Of a stretch of DNA of 64,000 bases, positions 10,744 to 19,653 are shown piece by piece. This stretch comes from Acidimicrobiia bacterium (lineage in GTDB: Bacteria > Actinomycetota > Acidimicrobiia > IMCC26256 > JAENVU01). The notes under the pieces were generated by a model. That model had not been told where the DNA came from. It worked only from the letters and a program-made list of their open reading frames with translations, and did not search any database. The number at the start of each line of letters is the position of its first letter. The stretch's first letter is position 1. The DNA is taken from the NCBI GenBank assembly GCA_031362155.1, contig JANLRZ010000109.1, positions 3,641-67,640 of the forward strand, in the 5' to 3' direction. A program made the position numbers and the translations under genes.

Positions 10744-12323
10744 CCGATCCCGCCGCCGACGGTGCCGATGCTGCGCGCTCGCGGGCGGAACGACGCGCCC
10801 AGCAATCTCGCTCAGCCCGCCGTCGAGCCCGTCGGAATGCCCGCCGCACTCGCGAGGCTCCGGCGCCGACCGTCGATGCCGATCCCGAACTGCCGGCGGA
10901 ACGTGACGACGACTCGGCGATGGTGGCGGCCGCGCCGGACCTCGGCCCTCCGGAGATCGAACCGGAGCCCGAACCGGAGATCGAGCCGGAACCCGAACCG
11001 GAACCCGAACCGGAACCCGAGCCTGAGCCCGAGCCCGAACCCGAGCCTGAGCCCGAACCCGCCGTCGACGCCGAAGCAGTGGCCAGTCAGTCGCGGCGCG
11101 AGCGCCAACAGGAGAAGCGTTCGCGGAGCCGGAAGTCACCCACATCACGGTCGCCGTCTCGTCGACCGCCCCCGCCGACTCGCACGCGACCACCGAAAGA
11201 TCCAGTGGAGCGCAAGGTCTTCTGGACCCGCACGATGCCCATCATCGCCGGGGTCCTGGTGCTCGCGATAGTGGTCGGCATCGTGGTGCGCAGCACCGAC
11301 GATCCCGAGGCCGCGGCGCCACCGACCCAGGAACCCTCGGGAGCCTCCGGCGCCGACACGATGCTGCTGGTGCATCACAGTCGGCTGTTCGGCAACGACC
11401 TGATCGCGCTCATCGGCCGGGACGGCGACCGCGGTTCAGTCCTACTCATCCCGTCCGCAACCCAGTTGGACGTTCCTTCGCTCGGTGTCGCCACGCTCGG
11501 ACAAGTTCCGGCCGACGACGGTGGGGCGCGCCTCGCCAACAGTGTCGAGAACGTCGTCGGGGTCGACATCGCCAAGACCGTGGTCGTCGACGATGCCGCG
11601 CTGACCGCGATGCTGGGGCCGGCGGAGCCGTTGACCGTGAACCTCGCCGATCCCGTTGATCTCGTGGACCGCGACGCGTCGTTCCCTCAGGGGATCCAGC
11701 AAGTGTCGGCGGCCCAAGCCACCGAGCTGTTGACCGGACCGCAGGCCGTCGACGAACTCGATCGCTTGGTCTCGGCATCGGTCGTCTTCGACAACTGGCT
11801 CACCCGGCTCCAGGACCCGGAAATCGCCCGGCGGACGAATTCGGAGCAGGCCGATCTTCGGGCGCTCGTCGACGCGGGACGAGCGCCCGAGCACCGGATC
11901 GACACCCTCGGTGTCGAGTCGATCGCCACCGGCGGCGGCGAACGCTTCACGGTGCGGGAGCCGGAGCTGACCGACTACGTGGAGAGTGCATTTCCGAGCG
12001 CCCGACTGGGCGAGGCGGGCAGGCGGCCGCGAGTCGAAATCCTCAACGGCACGGGTGCCCTCGGGGTCGCCCAGGCCGTCGCCGACAAGGTCGTTCCGGC
12101 CGGTGGGCGGGTCACGCTCACGGGGAACTACCCCCAGTTCGGGGTGCCGACGACCCAGATCATCTACTACCAGGACACGTGGCGAGCGGCTGCGCAACGT
12201 ATGGTGGATGACATGGGCTGCGGATCTCTGCGCAAGGAATCCAAAGACCTCGGGATCGCAGACGTCACCGTGTTGGTCGGATCCGACTGCCCGCAATACG
12301 GAAACCCAGGAGGCGCGAACTGA
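10740..12323 (+). CDS. Membrane-anchored LCP-like / LytR_C domain protein with a disordered (Glu-Pro)n N-terminus
   Basis: ATGA overlap with nadD. There is one TM helix (MPIIAGVLVLAIVVGIVV), a degenerate LCP-like core, and a C-terminal LytR_C-like VEILNGTGALGVAQ...VLVGSDC. It sits in the nadD-x-rsfS position conserved in actinobacteria. Confidence 0.7.
   Translation: MTDPAADGADAARSRAERRAQQSRSARRRARRNARRTREAPAPTVDADPELPAERDDDSAMVAAAPDLGPPEIEPEPEPEIEPEPEPEPEPEPEPEPEPEPEPEPEPAVDAEAVASQSRRERQQEKRSRSRKSPTSRSPSRRPPPPTRTRPPKDPVERKVFWTRTMPIIAGVLVLAIVVGIVVRSTDDPEAAAPPTQEPSGASGADTMLLVHHSRLFGNDLIALIGRDGDRGSVLLIPSATQLDVPSLGVATLGQVPADDGGARLANSVENVVGVDIAKTVVVDDAALTAMLGPAEPLTVNLADPVDLVDRDASFPQGIQQVSAAQATELLTGPQAVDELDRLVSASVVFDNWLTRLQDPEIARRTNSEQADLRALVDAGRAPEHRIDTLGVESIATGGGERFTVREPELTDYVESAFPSARLGEAGRRPRVEILNGTGALGVAQAVADKVVPAGGRVTLTGNYPQFGVPTTQIIYYQDTWRAAAQRMVDDMGCGSLRKESKDLGIADVTVLVGSDCPQYGNPGGAN
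10951..11060 (+). repeat. In-frame GAR-CCN hexanucleotide repeat encoding (EP)n / PEIEPEPE units
   Basis: Read directly; it encodes PEIEPEPEPEIEPEPEPEPEPEPEPEPEPEPEPEPEP. Confidence 0.95.
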
Positions 12324-12343
12324 ACGCGATCGAACAAGCCATC

Positions 12344-12688
12344 GTGGCGGCTCGGGCTGCTGCAGACAAGATCGCCACCGATGTGGTGGTGCTCGACGTC
12401 GGAGAGATCATCGGCATCACCGAAGCCTTCGTGTTGGCGTCCGGCACGAACACCCGCCAGGTGCGTGCCATCGTCGACGAGGTCGAGTTGGCGCTCAAGA
12501 TCGAGGCCGACCTCTCGCCCCGCAGCACCGAGGGTCTGACGGATTCGACGTGGGTGCTGATGGACTACGGCGAGATCGTCGTCCACGTCTTCCTAACCGA
12601 GACTCGGGAGTTCTACGACCTGGAACGCCTGTGGTCCGACGCCCCGCGCGTGGAATGGGCCGCGGCGGAAACGGCCGACGCGAGCTGA
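12344..12688 (+). CDS. rsfS: Ribosome silencing factor RsfS (iojap)
   Basis: Contains DVVVLDVGEIIGITEAFVLASGTNTRQVRAI...WVLMDYGEIVVHVF...REFYDLERLW. The start is uncertain and may lie a few codons upstream. Confidence 0.9.
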   Translation: MAARAAADKIATDVVVLDVGEIIGITEAFVLASGTNTRQVRAIVDEVELALKIEADLSPRSTEGLTDSTWVLMDYGEIVVHVFLTETREFYDLERLWSDAPRVEWAAAETADAS

Positions 12689-12700
12689 CCTGCCGACCTC

Positions 12701-12728
12701 GGTGTGATCAGCCCGGTGTGATCAGCCC
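12701..12728. repeat. Perfect 14-bp tandem duplication (GGTGTGATCAGCCC x2) spanning the hisF stop codon
   Basis: Positions 12701-12714 are identical to 12715-12728. The second copy carries the hisF TGA (tca at 12722-12724 on the + strand). Confidence 0.95.
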
Positions 12729-13522
12729 GGGGAGACCCAGGGTCGCACGTGGACGCCGCGCTCGATCAGCCCGCGCTTGAGTTCCTCGACCCCGATGTTC
12801 CGATCGAGGCGCGGCGAGTAGAGGATCGAGCTGATGATGGCCGCACTCGCCCCACCCTCGGTGAGGCCCGTGGCGATGTGATCGACGGAGCCGGCGCCAC
12901 CCGACGCGATGACCGGAACCGTGACCGCATCGGCGACCGCCCGGGTGATCTCGAGGTCGTACCCGGCGGCGGTACCGTCGCCGTCGATCGAGTTCACGAC
13001 GATCTCACCGGCACCGAGGTCGACGCCTCGCTTCACCCATTCGATCGCGTCGAGACTGGTCGCCGTGCGGGCACCGTCGATGAACACCTCGTATCCGCTC
13101 GGAAGATCCTCCCGCCGGCCCACCCGTTTGACCTGGGTTGACAGCACGATGCACTGGTTGCCGAAGGCCTCGGCGCCGGCCCGAATGATGTCGGGGTTGC
13201 GGACGGCCATCGAGTCGATGCTGATCTTCTCGGCGCCGCCCTTGAGCACGGTGTACATGTCGTCGAGATGGCGGATGCCGCCGCCCACCGTAAAGGGGAC
13301 GAAGACGTGCTCGGCCACCGCGGTCACGGTGTCGAGATCGATCGCGCGTTGCTGGGCGCTCGCCATGATGTCGTAGAAGACGATCTCGTCGATCTGGTCG
13401 GTGTACAACTGCTGAGCGAGATCCGCGGCCGGGGCGACATCGATGTTGTCCTGGAAGTTCTGGGCCTTGGTCACGCGACCGTCGACGACGTCGAAGCATG
13501 CGATCAGTCGTTTGGTCAACAT
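12722..13522 (-). CDS. hisF: Imidazole glycerol phosphate synthase cyclase subunit HisF or a HisF-like paralogue
   Basis: Starts MLTKRLIACFDVVDGRVTK, with FTVGGGIR, KISIDS and VIASGGAG motifs. The start was set at the ATG at 13520-13522 inside the longer track ORF. Confidence 0.85.
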   Translation of the reverse strand: MLTKRLIACFDVVDGRVTKAQNFQDNIDVAPAADLAQQLYTDQIDEIVFYDIMASAQQRAIDLDTVTAVAEHVFVPFTVGGGIRHLDDMYTVLKGGAEKISIDSMAVRNPDIIRAGAEAFGNQCIVLSTQVKRVGRREDLPSGYEVFIDGARTATSLDAIEWVKRGVDLGAGEIVVNSIDGDGTAAGYDLEITRAVADAVTVPVIASGGAGSVDHIATGLTEGGASAAIISSILYSPRLDRNIGVEELKRGLIERGVHVRPWVSPG

Positions 13523-14130
13523 GCGACACCGTCCCACGTCGCGAAGTTCGCCAGGATCGCGAGCCCGACCTCGCCACTCTTCTCGGCGTGGAACTGGGTC
13601 GCGGCGACGTTCCCTGCGGCCACCATCGAACAAAACCGGACGCTGTACTCGGTGGTGCCGAGGACGTCGGCGGCGGCGGTGGGCGTCGCGTAGTAGCTGT
13701 TCACGAAATAGCAGTACGCCGGATCGGGGAGTCCCGCAACGAGTGGATGCGCCGACCGAAACTCGACGGCGTTCCAGCCGATCTGGGGGACCCGGTCGGT
13801 GGCCGGGAAGCGGCGGACCCGGCCGGGCACCCACCCGAGGCCGGCAACGTCGCCTTCCTCGCTGTGGTCGAAGATCACCTGGAGGCCGATACAGATGCCC
13901 AGGAATGGCGTCCGATCGTTGATCACCTTGTGGGTGAGGGTCTCGATCAGGTCGGACTCGGCCAGCGAGGTCATCGTCGCGCCGGCGGCCCCGACCCCGG
14001 GGAGAATGATCCGATCCACCGCGGCCGCCTCGTCCGGCGTGGCCACGAGCCGGGCGGAAATGCCGAGCCGGGCCAACGCGAACATGACGCTCGGCGCGTT
14101 TCCCGCGCGGTAATCGACGACTCCGATCAT
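13516..14130 (-). CDS. hisH: Glutamine amidotransferase subunit HisH or a HisH-like paralogue
   Basis: Starts MIGVVDYRAGNAPSV, with FLGICIGLQ (catalytic Cys) and ATQFHAEKS (His/Glu). It overlaps the hisF start by 7 nt. Confidence 0.85.
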   Translation of the reverse strand: MIGVVDYRAGNAPSVMFALARLGISARLVATPDEAAAVDRIILPGVGAAGATMTSLAESDLIETLTHKVINDRTPFLGICIGLQVIFDHSEEGDVAGLGWVPGRVRRFPATDRVPQIGWNAVEFRSAHPLVAGLPDPAYCYFVNSYYATPTAAADVLGTTEYSVRFCSMVAAGNVAATQFHAEKSGEVGLAILANFATWDGVAC

Positions 14131-14142
14131 GGACGGGTGAGT

Positions 14143-15732
14143 CTAGGGAGACGCTGCGCCGTCGATTCGATAGATGCGCACCGTCCCGAACCGACGCTCG
14201 ACGGTGAACGGGTAGGCGGTCGTGGCCACGACGCAGGTCGCGTTGTAGCGCGTCGCGACGGCGGCGATCTGGGTTGCGCTGAGCTGGTTGTAGGCGCGCC
14301 GCAGGTCTTCGATCTTGCCGTCATAGGCGTCGAAGACCTCGTCACCACCGACGAGTGCATCCATCCGACGCTTCCATTCCCCGAGGGCGTCGTAGCGGAT
14401 GGCTTGCCAGTTGGCGACGATCGGTCGTTCGGAACGGAGGAAGGCATCTTGGCGATCGACGGGCACGACGCAGCGAGTCGAGGGCGACACGTGGGTTCGC
14501 ATCCACGCGAAGGCTTCGGCTTCGGGGTCGGCCTTGGTCCAGGCCTTGAAGTTGCGAACCACCATGCGGGGCGCGGCGATCAACGGAGAGGTGACGATGA
14601 GCGCGATGGCGATCCCGGCACCGATGAGTGCGGTCGATCGGCGCCGACCTCGGGCCCGGCGGTGGGTGTGCGTCCGGATCCGGTCCCGGTCCCGCAGCCG
14701 GGTCGCCGCCAACATCAGTTGGAAGAAGAAGCAGAGGGGTACGAAGAGGGGCCCCACCCGGAGGGGGAACAACATGAGGAATCCCCACGCCCCCACACCA
14801 CGCGCGCCGAAGGCCACGACCACCGGCACCATGGTCACGATCTGGAAGGTGATGAGGAAGCGCTCGGCATCGGTGCGCCGCGAACGGCGGTACCACCAGA
14901 CGTTGGCCGCGAACATCAGGAGCAGGGTGCCGGTGCGTAGCACGACCTGCGCGGTGGCGAGCTGCGCGCCGCCGAAGAAGGGGTCGGCGTGGTGCGGGAG
15001 CCCCTTGAGGACGACGAACTCTTGGAGCCGTGCGCTGGTGTTCGACAGGGTCGACCACGCCCCGATCGCGCCCGGCGCGCCGATCACCACGGCCAACCAA
15101 CTCCAGGTGAGGGCCCGGCGACGGGTGGCAGGGTTCGTCACGAGCGCGATCGCGGCCGCGCCGCCGGCCCAGAGCCCGACGGCCGGATGGAACGCGACGG
15201 TCGCGCCGAGCGCGGCCATGGCCCACCCGACCCGATCGTCGAGGGCGGCGGCGATCGCTGCGAGCAACCAGCAGTACGCGACGGTCTTGGCTTCGAAGGT
15301 GCCGAACATCCATTCCGAGCCGATCAGGCTCTGGTTGGCGATCAACCAGAGACTGATCGCCGCCGCGCCGGCCCACGGTCGGACGCCGATGCGGCCCGCG
15401 ATGCGCAGGAGGAGGAAGGCCATGACCACGGAGGTCACGAATCGTCCGACCCAACCGAACCATTGCAGCGAGACGTGGGCCGCGACCGGTCCGAACAGGT
15501 GGTTGAACACCCAGTGTTCGGAGAACGGACCTTGCATGGTCCAGTCGGTTCGGAGGAACGCCGGAGTGCCGACGTGGCGGACGAGTGGCAGGTAGAGCTC
15601 TTCGGACAGACGGGGGACAGGCGCCCCGTACAGGACGAACGCCACTCCGAGGACGACCATCGTCGGGAGTGCCAGCGCGGCGATCGATGGGGCCAGCGGC
15701 GTCCGCTCGCCCTCGCTGAACTCGTGCTCCAC
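14143..15732 (-). CDS. Polytopic membrane protein (>=10 predicted TM helices) with a ~120-aa C-terminal soluble domain; GT-C-like glycosyltransferase or polymerase is a guess
   Basis: 529 aa and hydrophobic throughout. The GTG start is preceded by GGGAGG. It ends 12 nt upstream of hisH on the same strand. Confidence 0.5.
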   Translation of the reverse strand: MEHEFSEGERTPLAPSIAALALPTMVVLGVAFVLYGAPVPRLSEELYLPLVRHVGTPAFLRTDWTMQGPFSEHWVFNHLFGPVAAHVSLQWFGWVGRFVTSVVMAFLLLRIAGRIGVRPWAGAAAISLWLIANQSLIGSEWMFGTFEAKTVAYCWLLAAIAAALDDRVGWAMAALGATVAFHPAVGLWAGGAAAIALVTNPATRRRALTWSWLAVVIGAPGAIGAWSTLSNTSARLQEFVVLKGLPHHADPFFGGAQLATAQVVLRTGTLLLMFAANVWWYRRSRRTDAERFLITFQIVTMVPVVVAFGARGVGAWGFLMLFPLRVGPLFVPLCFFFQLMLAATRLRDRDRIRTHTHRRARGRRRSTALIGAGIAIALIVTSPLIAAPRMVVRNFKAWTKADPEAEAFAWMRTHVSPSTRCVVPVDRQDAFLRSERPIVANWQAIRYDALGEWKRRMDALVGGDEVFDAYDGKIEDLRRAYNQLSATQIAAVATRYNATCVVATTAYPFTVERRFGTVRIYRIDGAASP

Positions 15733-15782
15733 GTGGTCGCCTCCCTGGAGCGCACTGTAGGACGCGGTTGCAGCGGGTCTTC

Positions 15783-15788
15783 TAGTTT
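15783..15788 (+). promoter_or_regulatory. -10-like TAGTTT hexamer 6 nt upstream of the PhyH ATG (candidate leaderless promoter)
   Basis: TANNNT at 15783-15788, spacer gccggc, then ATG at 15795. Confidence 0.3.
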
Positions 15789-15794
15789 GCCGGC

Positions 15795-16568
15795 ATGAGT
15801 CAACCCATCTTCGAACCCACCAGCCGCGCGGGCGTGGCGTTCTTCCGGGACCACGGCTGGGTCATCACCCGGACGCTCGATGCTCGGGCCACCGCCGAGC
15901 TCCAGGCCTGGGTGGACGACGTGATGGAGTGGCCCGACGACGGAGACTGGCTCCACTACCGCGAGTCGACCGATGCGGGGCCACGGCTGTGTCGCACCGA
16001 GAACTTCGTTCCGTATCACGCCGGTCTGGGGGCGCTGTTGGCCGACGGCGTCATGTTGGAGACCGCGGGCGCGCTGCTCGGCGAGCCCGCCGTGCTCTAC
16101 AAGGAGAAGATCAACTACAAGGCCGCGGGCGGCGCGGGCTACGCCCCGCACCAGGACGCGCCCGCGTACCGCTTCATCGACACCCACGTGTCGTGCATGG
16201 TGGCGATCGACGATGCCGATGACGACAACGGTTGTCTCGAGGTGGTGTCGGGTTCGTTCGGCGCCGTGCTCCCGATGGACGAACAAGGGTGCATTCGTAC
16301 CGACGTCGTCGCGTCACTCCAATGGGAATCGGTGCCGGTCCCGGCTGGAACCACCTTGTGGTTCCATTCCCGCACGCCGCATCGGAGCGGACCGAATCGA
16401 TCCGAGCGGGATCGCCGCGCGCTCTACCCCACCTACAACGCGCGACGAGAGGGTGATCTCCGCGCGGCCTACTACGAGCAGAAGCTCGCCGAGTTCGCGG
16501 CGGCGGCGGGCGATGGCGACCGGGTGCAGGTGTCGCTGATCAACGACTTCCAGGGCCGGCGGGTCTGA
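15795..16568 (+). CDS. Phytanoyl-CoA dioxygenase (PhyH) family Fe(II)/2-oxoglutarate oxygenase
   Basis: APHQDAPAY provides the HxD iron ligands, and WFHSRTPHRSGPNRS provides the distal His and Arg. 257 aa. Confidence 0.8.
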   Translation: MSQPIFEPTSRAGVAFFRDHGWVITRTLDARATAELQAWVDDVMEWPDDGDWLHYRESTDAGPRLCRTENFVPYHAGLGALLADGVMLETAGALLGEPAVLYKEKINYKAAGGAGYAPHQDAPAYRFIDTHVSCMVAIDDADDDNGCLEVVSGSFGAVLPMDEQGCIRTDVVASLQWESVPVPAGTTLWFHSRTPHRSGPNRSERDRRALYPTYNARREGDLRAAYYEQKLAEFAAAAGDGDRVQVSLINDFQGRRV

Positions 16569-17143
16569 GGCCCGGGTGGGCCGTGGTCATGAAGGACCCG
16601 AAGCGACGCATGGCGGTGTCGACGCCGGCTTGATCTTCGGTCGCGAGCAGATCGAGGAGGAGCCCTCGGCACACGGCCAGTGCGAGTCGGGCATCGGTCC
16701 GGGCGGTCGGCTCGTCCACGCCGAGGTCGACGAGGAGCTCCGCGGTCGTGTCGACCCACGCGGCGACGTCTCCGTCGAGAAGGCGGGCGGCCGGTTCTGC
16801 GCCGCAGAGCGCCTGCCCGTAGAGCTCGAAGAACAGCCGCTCGTAGGGCCACATCACCGGGTCCCGTAGCCGGTCCCACAGCTCGTCGAGCCGGGGCGCG
16901 CCTCCTGTGATCGCGGTGCCGGTCGAGGGTGCGATGAAGTCGCGCTGCTGGCGTTCGACCGCGCGAACGATTTCGAGGAGGAGCGCGTCCTTCGAGCCGA
17001 AATGGAAGGCCAACATGCGGTGGCTGGTGCCCAGGTGGTCGGCGAGTTGGCGCCAGACTCATCTTCGAAATGCCGTGCTCGGCGGCGACGTCGACCGCCG
17101 CGGCCAGAAGCCGCTCCCGAGTGTCGGTCGTGGGTCGGGCCAT
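16540..17143 (-). pseudogene. TetR-family regulator interrupted by a 1-nt frameshift in the HTH
   Basis: Frame A reads MARPTTDTRERLLAAAVDVAAEHGISKMSLA. Frame B continues (R)QLADHLGTSHRMLAFHFGSKDALL... to the stop at 16540. The switch lies within AGTCTGGCGCCAA (+ strand 17047-17060). Confidence 0.75.
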
Positions 17144-17274
17144 CAGCCCTGGTGAGCGGGGGCGAGAGCGCCGAGTTTGTTCAAGGCGCGCTGCATGAAG
17201 ACGAGCGGCGAGCGATGGCTACGTGGCACGATGCACGGCGATTCAACAGTGTTTCGTCGAGGACAGGGGCATAC

Positions 17275-19029
17275 ATGGCACACGATCTGGTGATCGCGGG
17301 CGGGACCATCGTCGACGGGACCGGTGCGCCCCGTTTCGCCGGCGACATTGGGATCGACGGTGGCCGGATCACCGCGGTCGGGGGATGCCTGCAGGGGGAC
17401 CAGACGATCGAGGCTGACGGCGCAGTCGTCGCGCCGGGTTGGGTCGATGTGCACACGCACTACGACGGCCAGGTCACGTGGGACGACGAACTGGACCCGA
17501 GCTTCAGCAACGGTGTGACCACGCTCGTCATGGGGAACTGCGGCGTGGGCTTCGCTCCGTGTCCCGACGGTGAGCAGGAGACGTTGATCCAACTCATGGA
17601 AGGGGTCGAGGACATCCCGGGGAGCGCACTCCACGAGGGGGTTCCGTGGGGCGCCTGGAGCACCTTCCCCGAGTACCTCGACTTCCTCGACGCCCGGCGC
17701 TACTCGCTCGACGTCGCCGCCCAGCTGGCGCACGGCTCGTTGCGCTTCAGCGTGATGGGCGAGCGCGGCGTGAACAACGAGGACGCGACGGCTGAAGACA
17801 TCGCGGCGATGCGTGCGCTCGCGTCCGAGGCAACCGCCGCGGGTGCGGTGGGCTTCTCGACGTCCCGCACGATCTTTCACCGGTCGATCGGCGGCGCGGC
17901 GGTCCCGGGTACCTACGCGACTGGAGTCGAACTCGGCGAGCTCATTGCGGGGATGGCCGACGGCGGCGGGGGAGTGTTCGAGGCGATCACGTCGTCGTCG
18001 CTCGGGCTGATGGAGGGCCTCGGTGGCGAGCGCTTCAGTCAGGATCACGAGCTCACACTGCTCGCCGACATCTCTCGTGCCACCGGGCAGAAGATCACGT
18101 TCACCACGGTCCAGCACGTCGATGATCCGGAAGCTTGGCGCGCGGTGCTCGAGTTCGCGACCGCGGCGAACGCGACCGGCGCCCGGCTGTTCCCCCAGGT
18201 GGCGTCACGTCCGGTCGGCATTCTGGGTGGCCTGGCCGGGTATCACCCCTTCATGCGCCGTCCGTCGTATCGGGTCCTCGCCGACCTCCCGGTGGCGGCC
18301 CAGGCCGAGCGCCTGCGCGACCCGGAGGTGAAGGCGCGGATTCTCGCCGAGTTCGACGTCGCGGCCGACCAGGCCGGATCCATGGAGATGTTCGCCGAGG
18401 TCATGCAGAACGTCGCCGATTTCATGTACCCGCTCGACGAGATCGTCGACTACGAACCCGGTCCGGAGCAGACGTTCGGCGCGATCGCGGGTGCGGCCGG
18501 CGTGCCGGCGATCGAAGTGATGTACGACTTCCTCGCGGCCGGCGACGGCACCAACATTGTCAGCCTGGCCGGCGCCGGCTACATGCACGGCGATCTCGAG
18601 GCGGTCCGCGAGATGATCCTGGATCCCGTGACTGTGGTCGGACTGGCCGATGCCGGTGCCCATGTGAAGCTCATCTGCGATGGTTCGAGCCCGAGCACGC
18701 AGCTCACCCACTGGACCCGTGACCGCACTCGAGGTGAACTGATTCCGCTCGAGTTCATGGTCGAGCAGCAGACTCGTCGTACCGCCGAGTTGTACGGGTT
18801 CACCGACCGAGGGACGATCGCGGTCGGTCAGCAGGCCGACCTCAACGTCATCGATTTCGACGCGCTCACTGTGCGCCGTCCGGTCATGCACGCGGATCTG
18901 CCTGCCGGCGGTCAGCGGTATCTCCAGCCGGTGACGGGGTACGTGGCGACCGTGGTGCACGGCACCCAGACCCGAGCGAACGATACGGACACGGGCGCGC
19001 GCCCGGGCCGCTTGGTGCGGCGAGGATGA
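17275..19029 (+). CDS. N-acyl-D-amino-acid deacylase (D-aminoacylase) family amidohydrolase
   Basis: Starts [17 protein letters not shown]...[14 protein letters not shown]...[13 protein letters not shown]. It is the 3' part of track ORF 17002..19029. Confidence 0.85.
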   Translation: MAHDLVIAGGTIVDGTGAPRFAGDIGIDGGRITAVGGCLQGDQTIEADGAVVAPGWVDVHTHYDGQVTWDDELDPSFSNGVTTLVMGNCGVGFAPCPDGEQETLIQLMEGVEDIPGSALHEGVPWGAWSTFPEYLDFLDARRYSLDVAAQLAHGSLRFSVMGERGVNNEDATAEDIAAMRALASEATAAGAVGFSTSRTIFHRSIGGAAVPGTYATGVELGELIAGMADGGGGVFEAITSSSLGLMEGLGGERFSQDHELTLLADISRATGQKITFTTVQHVDDPEAWRAVLEFATAANATGARLFPQVASRPVGILGGLAGYHPFMRRPSYRVLADLPVAAQAERLRDPEVKARILAEFDVAADQAGSMEMFAEVMQNVADFMYPLDEIVDYEPGPEQTFGAIAGAAGVPAIEVMYDFLAAGDGTNIVSLAGAGYMHGDLEAVREMILDPVTVVGLADAGAHVKLICDGSSPSTQLTHWTRDRTRGELIPLEFMVEQQTRRTAELYGFTDRGTIAVGQQADLNVIDFDALTVRRPVMHADLPAGGQRYLQPVTGYVATVVHGTQTRANDTDTGARPGRLVRRG

Positions 19030-19068
19030 TCGCCGGGCTCATCGGTGCGCGCTGCTGGAAGAGGGCAG

Positions 19069-19566
19069 GTGAAAGACATTCGGTGTCGCCCGGCCGGAGC
19101 TGAGGACTTCGCCTTTCTGGCGACGATGCTTGGTGAGGCCGCAGTCTGGCGTCCCGACAAGCCGACACCGACCGCCGACCAGGTACTCGCCGATCCGCGC
19201 TATGCGATGTACCTCGCGGGATGGCCGAGGCCAGGCGACTTTGGACTCGTCGCCGAACAGGACGGTCCGCTGGGCGCGGCTTGGTATCGGACCTACGCCG
19301 AGGGGAGCCATGGCTATGGCTTCATCACGGAGGATGTCCCGGAACTGTCGATCGCCGTCGTCGGGTCGCGTCGGCACGAGGGGATTGGTCGGCGGCTTCT
19401 CATCGACCTCATCACGGCCGGCATCGCTCAGGGCTATCCGGCGTTGAGCCTCAGCGTCAATGCCGACAATCCGGCGCGTGGCCTGTACGAGTCGGTTGGT
19501 TTCGTGCCGGTCGAGCAGCACGGATCGTCCTGGACCATGGTGAGACGCGCCGCTCGGTCGGACTGA
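19069..19566 (+). CDS. GNAT family N-acetyltransferase
   Basis: Has the acetyl-CoA motif RRHEGIGRRLL and the C-terminal NPARGLYESVGF. The GTG at 19069 follows GGAAGAGGG. GTG at 19045 is an alternative start. Confidence 0.8.
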   Translation: MKDIRCRPAGAEDFAFLATMLGEAAVWRPDKPTPTADQVLADPRYAMYLAGWPRPGDFGLVAEQDGPLGAAWYRTYAEGSHGYGFITEDVPELSIAVVGSRRHEGIGRRLLIDLITAGIAQGYPALSLSVNADNPARGLYESVGFVPVEQHGSSWTMVRRAARSD

Positions 19567-19653
19567 GCCCAGCCGGTCTGGTGCGAAGCTCCGATGCGCG
19601 CGACGATGCTGTCGGCTCTTCCCGCCGGAGAGCACCGAGCCGAGGGGGTCGTG

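Noticed and set aside
10951-11060. Short tandem repeats, (GAR-CCN)n here, (GCN-AAR)n at 26447-26494 and (GGC/GGT)n at 1593-1631, as possible CRISPR or other non-coding arrays.
   Set aside because: The units are 6 nt or shorter, contiguous, without spacers, and in frame within ORFs with a good coding signature. They are coding microsatellites.
17144-17274. A TetR operator in the divergent TetR/aminoacylase intergenic region.
   Set aside because: Only a weak 19-bp imperfect dyad (GATTCAACAGTGTTTCGTC, 6 of 9 pairs) was found. That is not strong enough to call.
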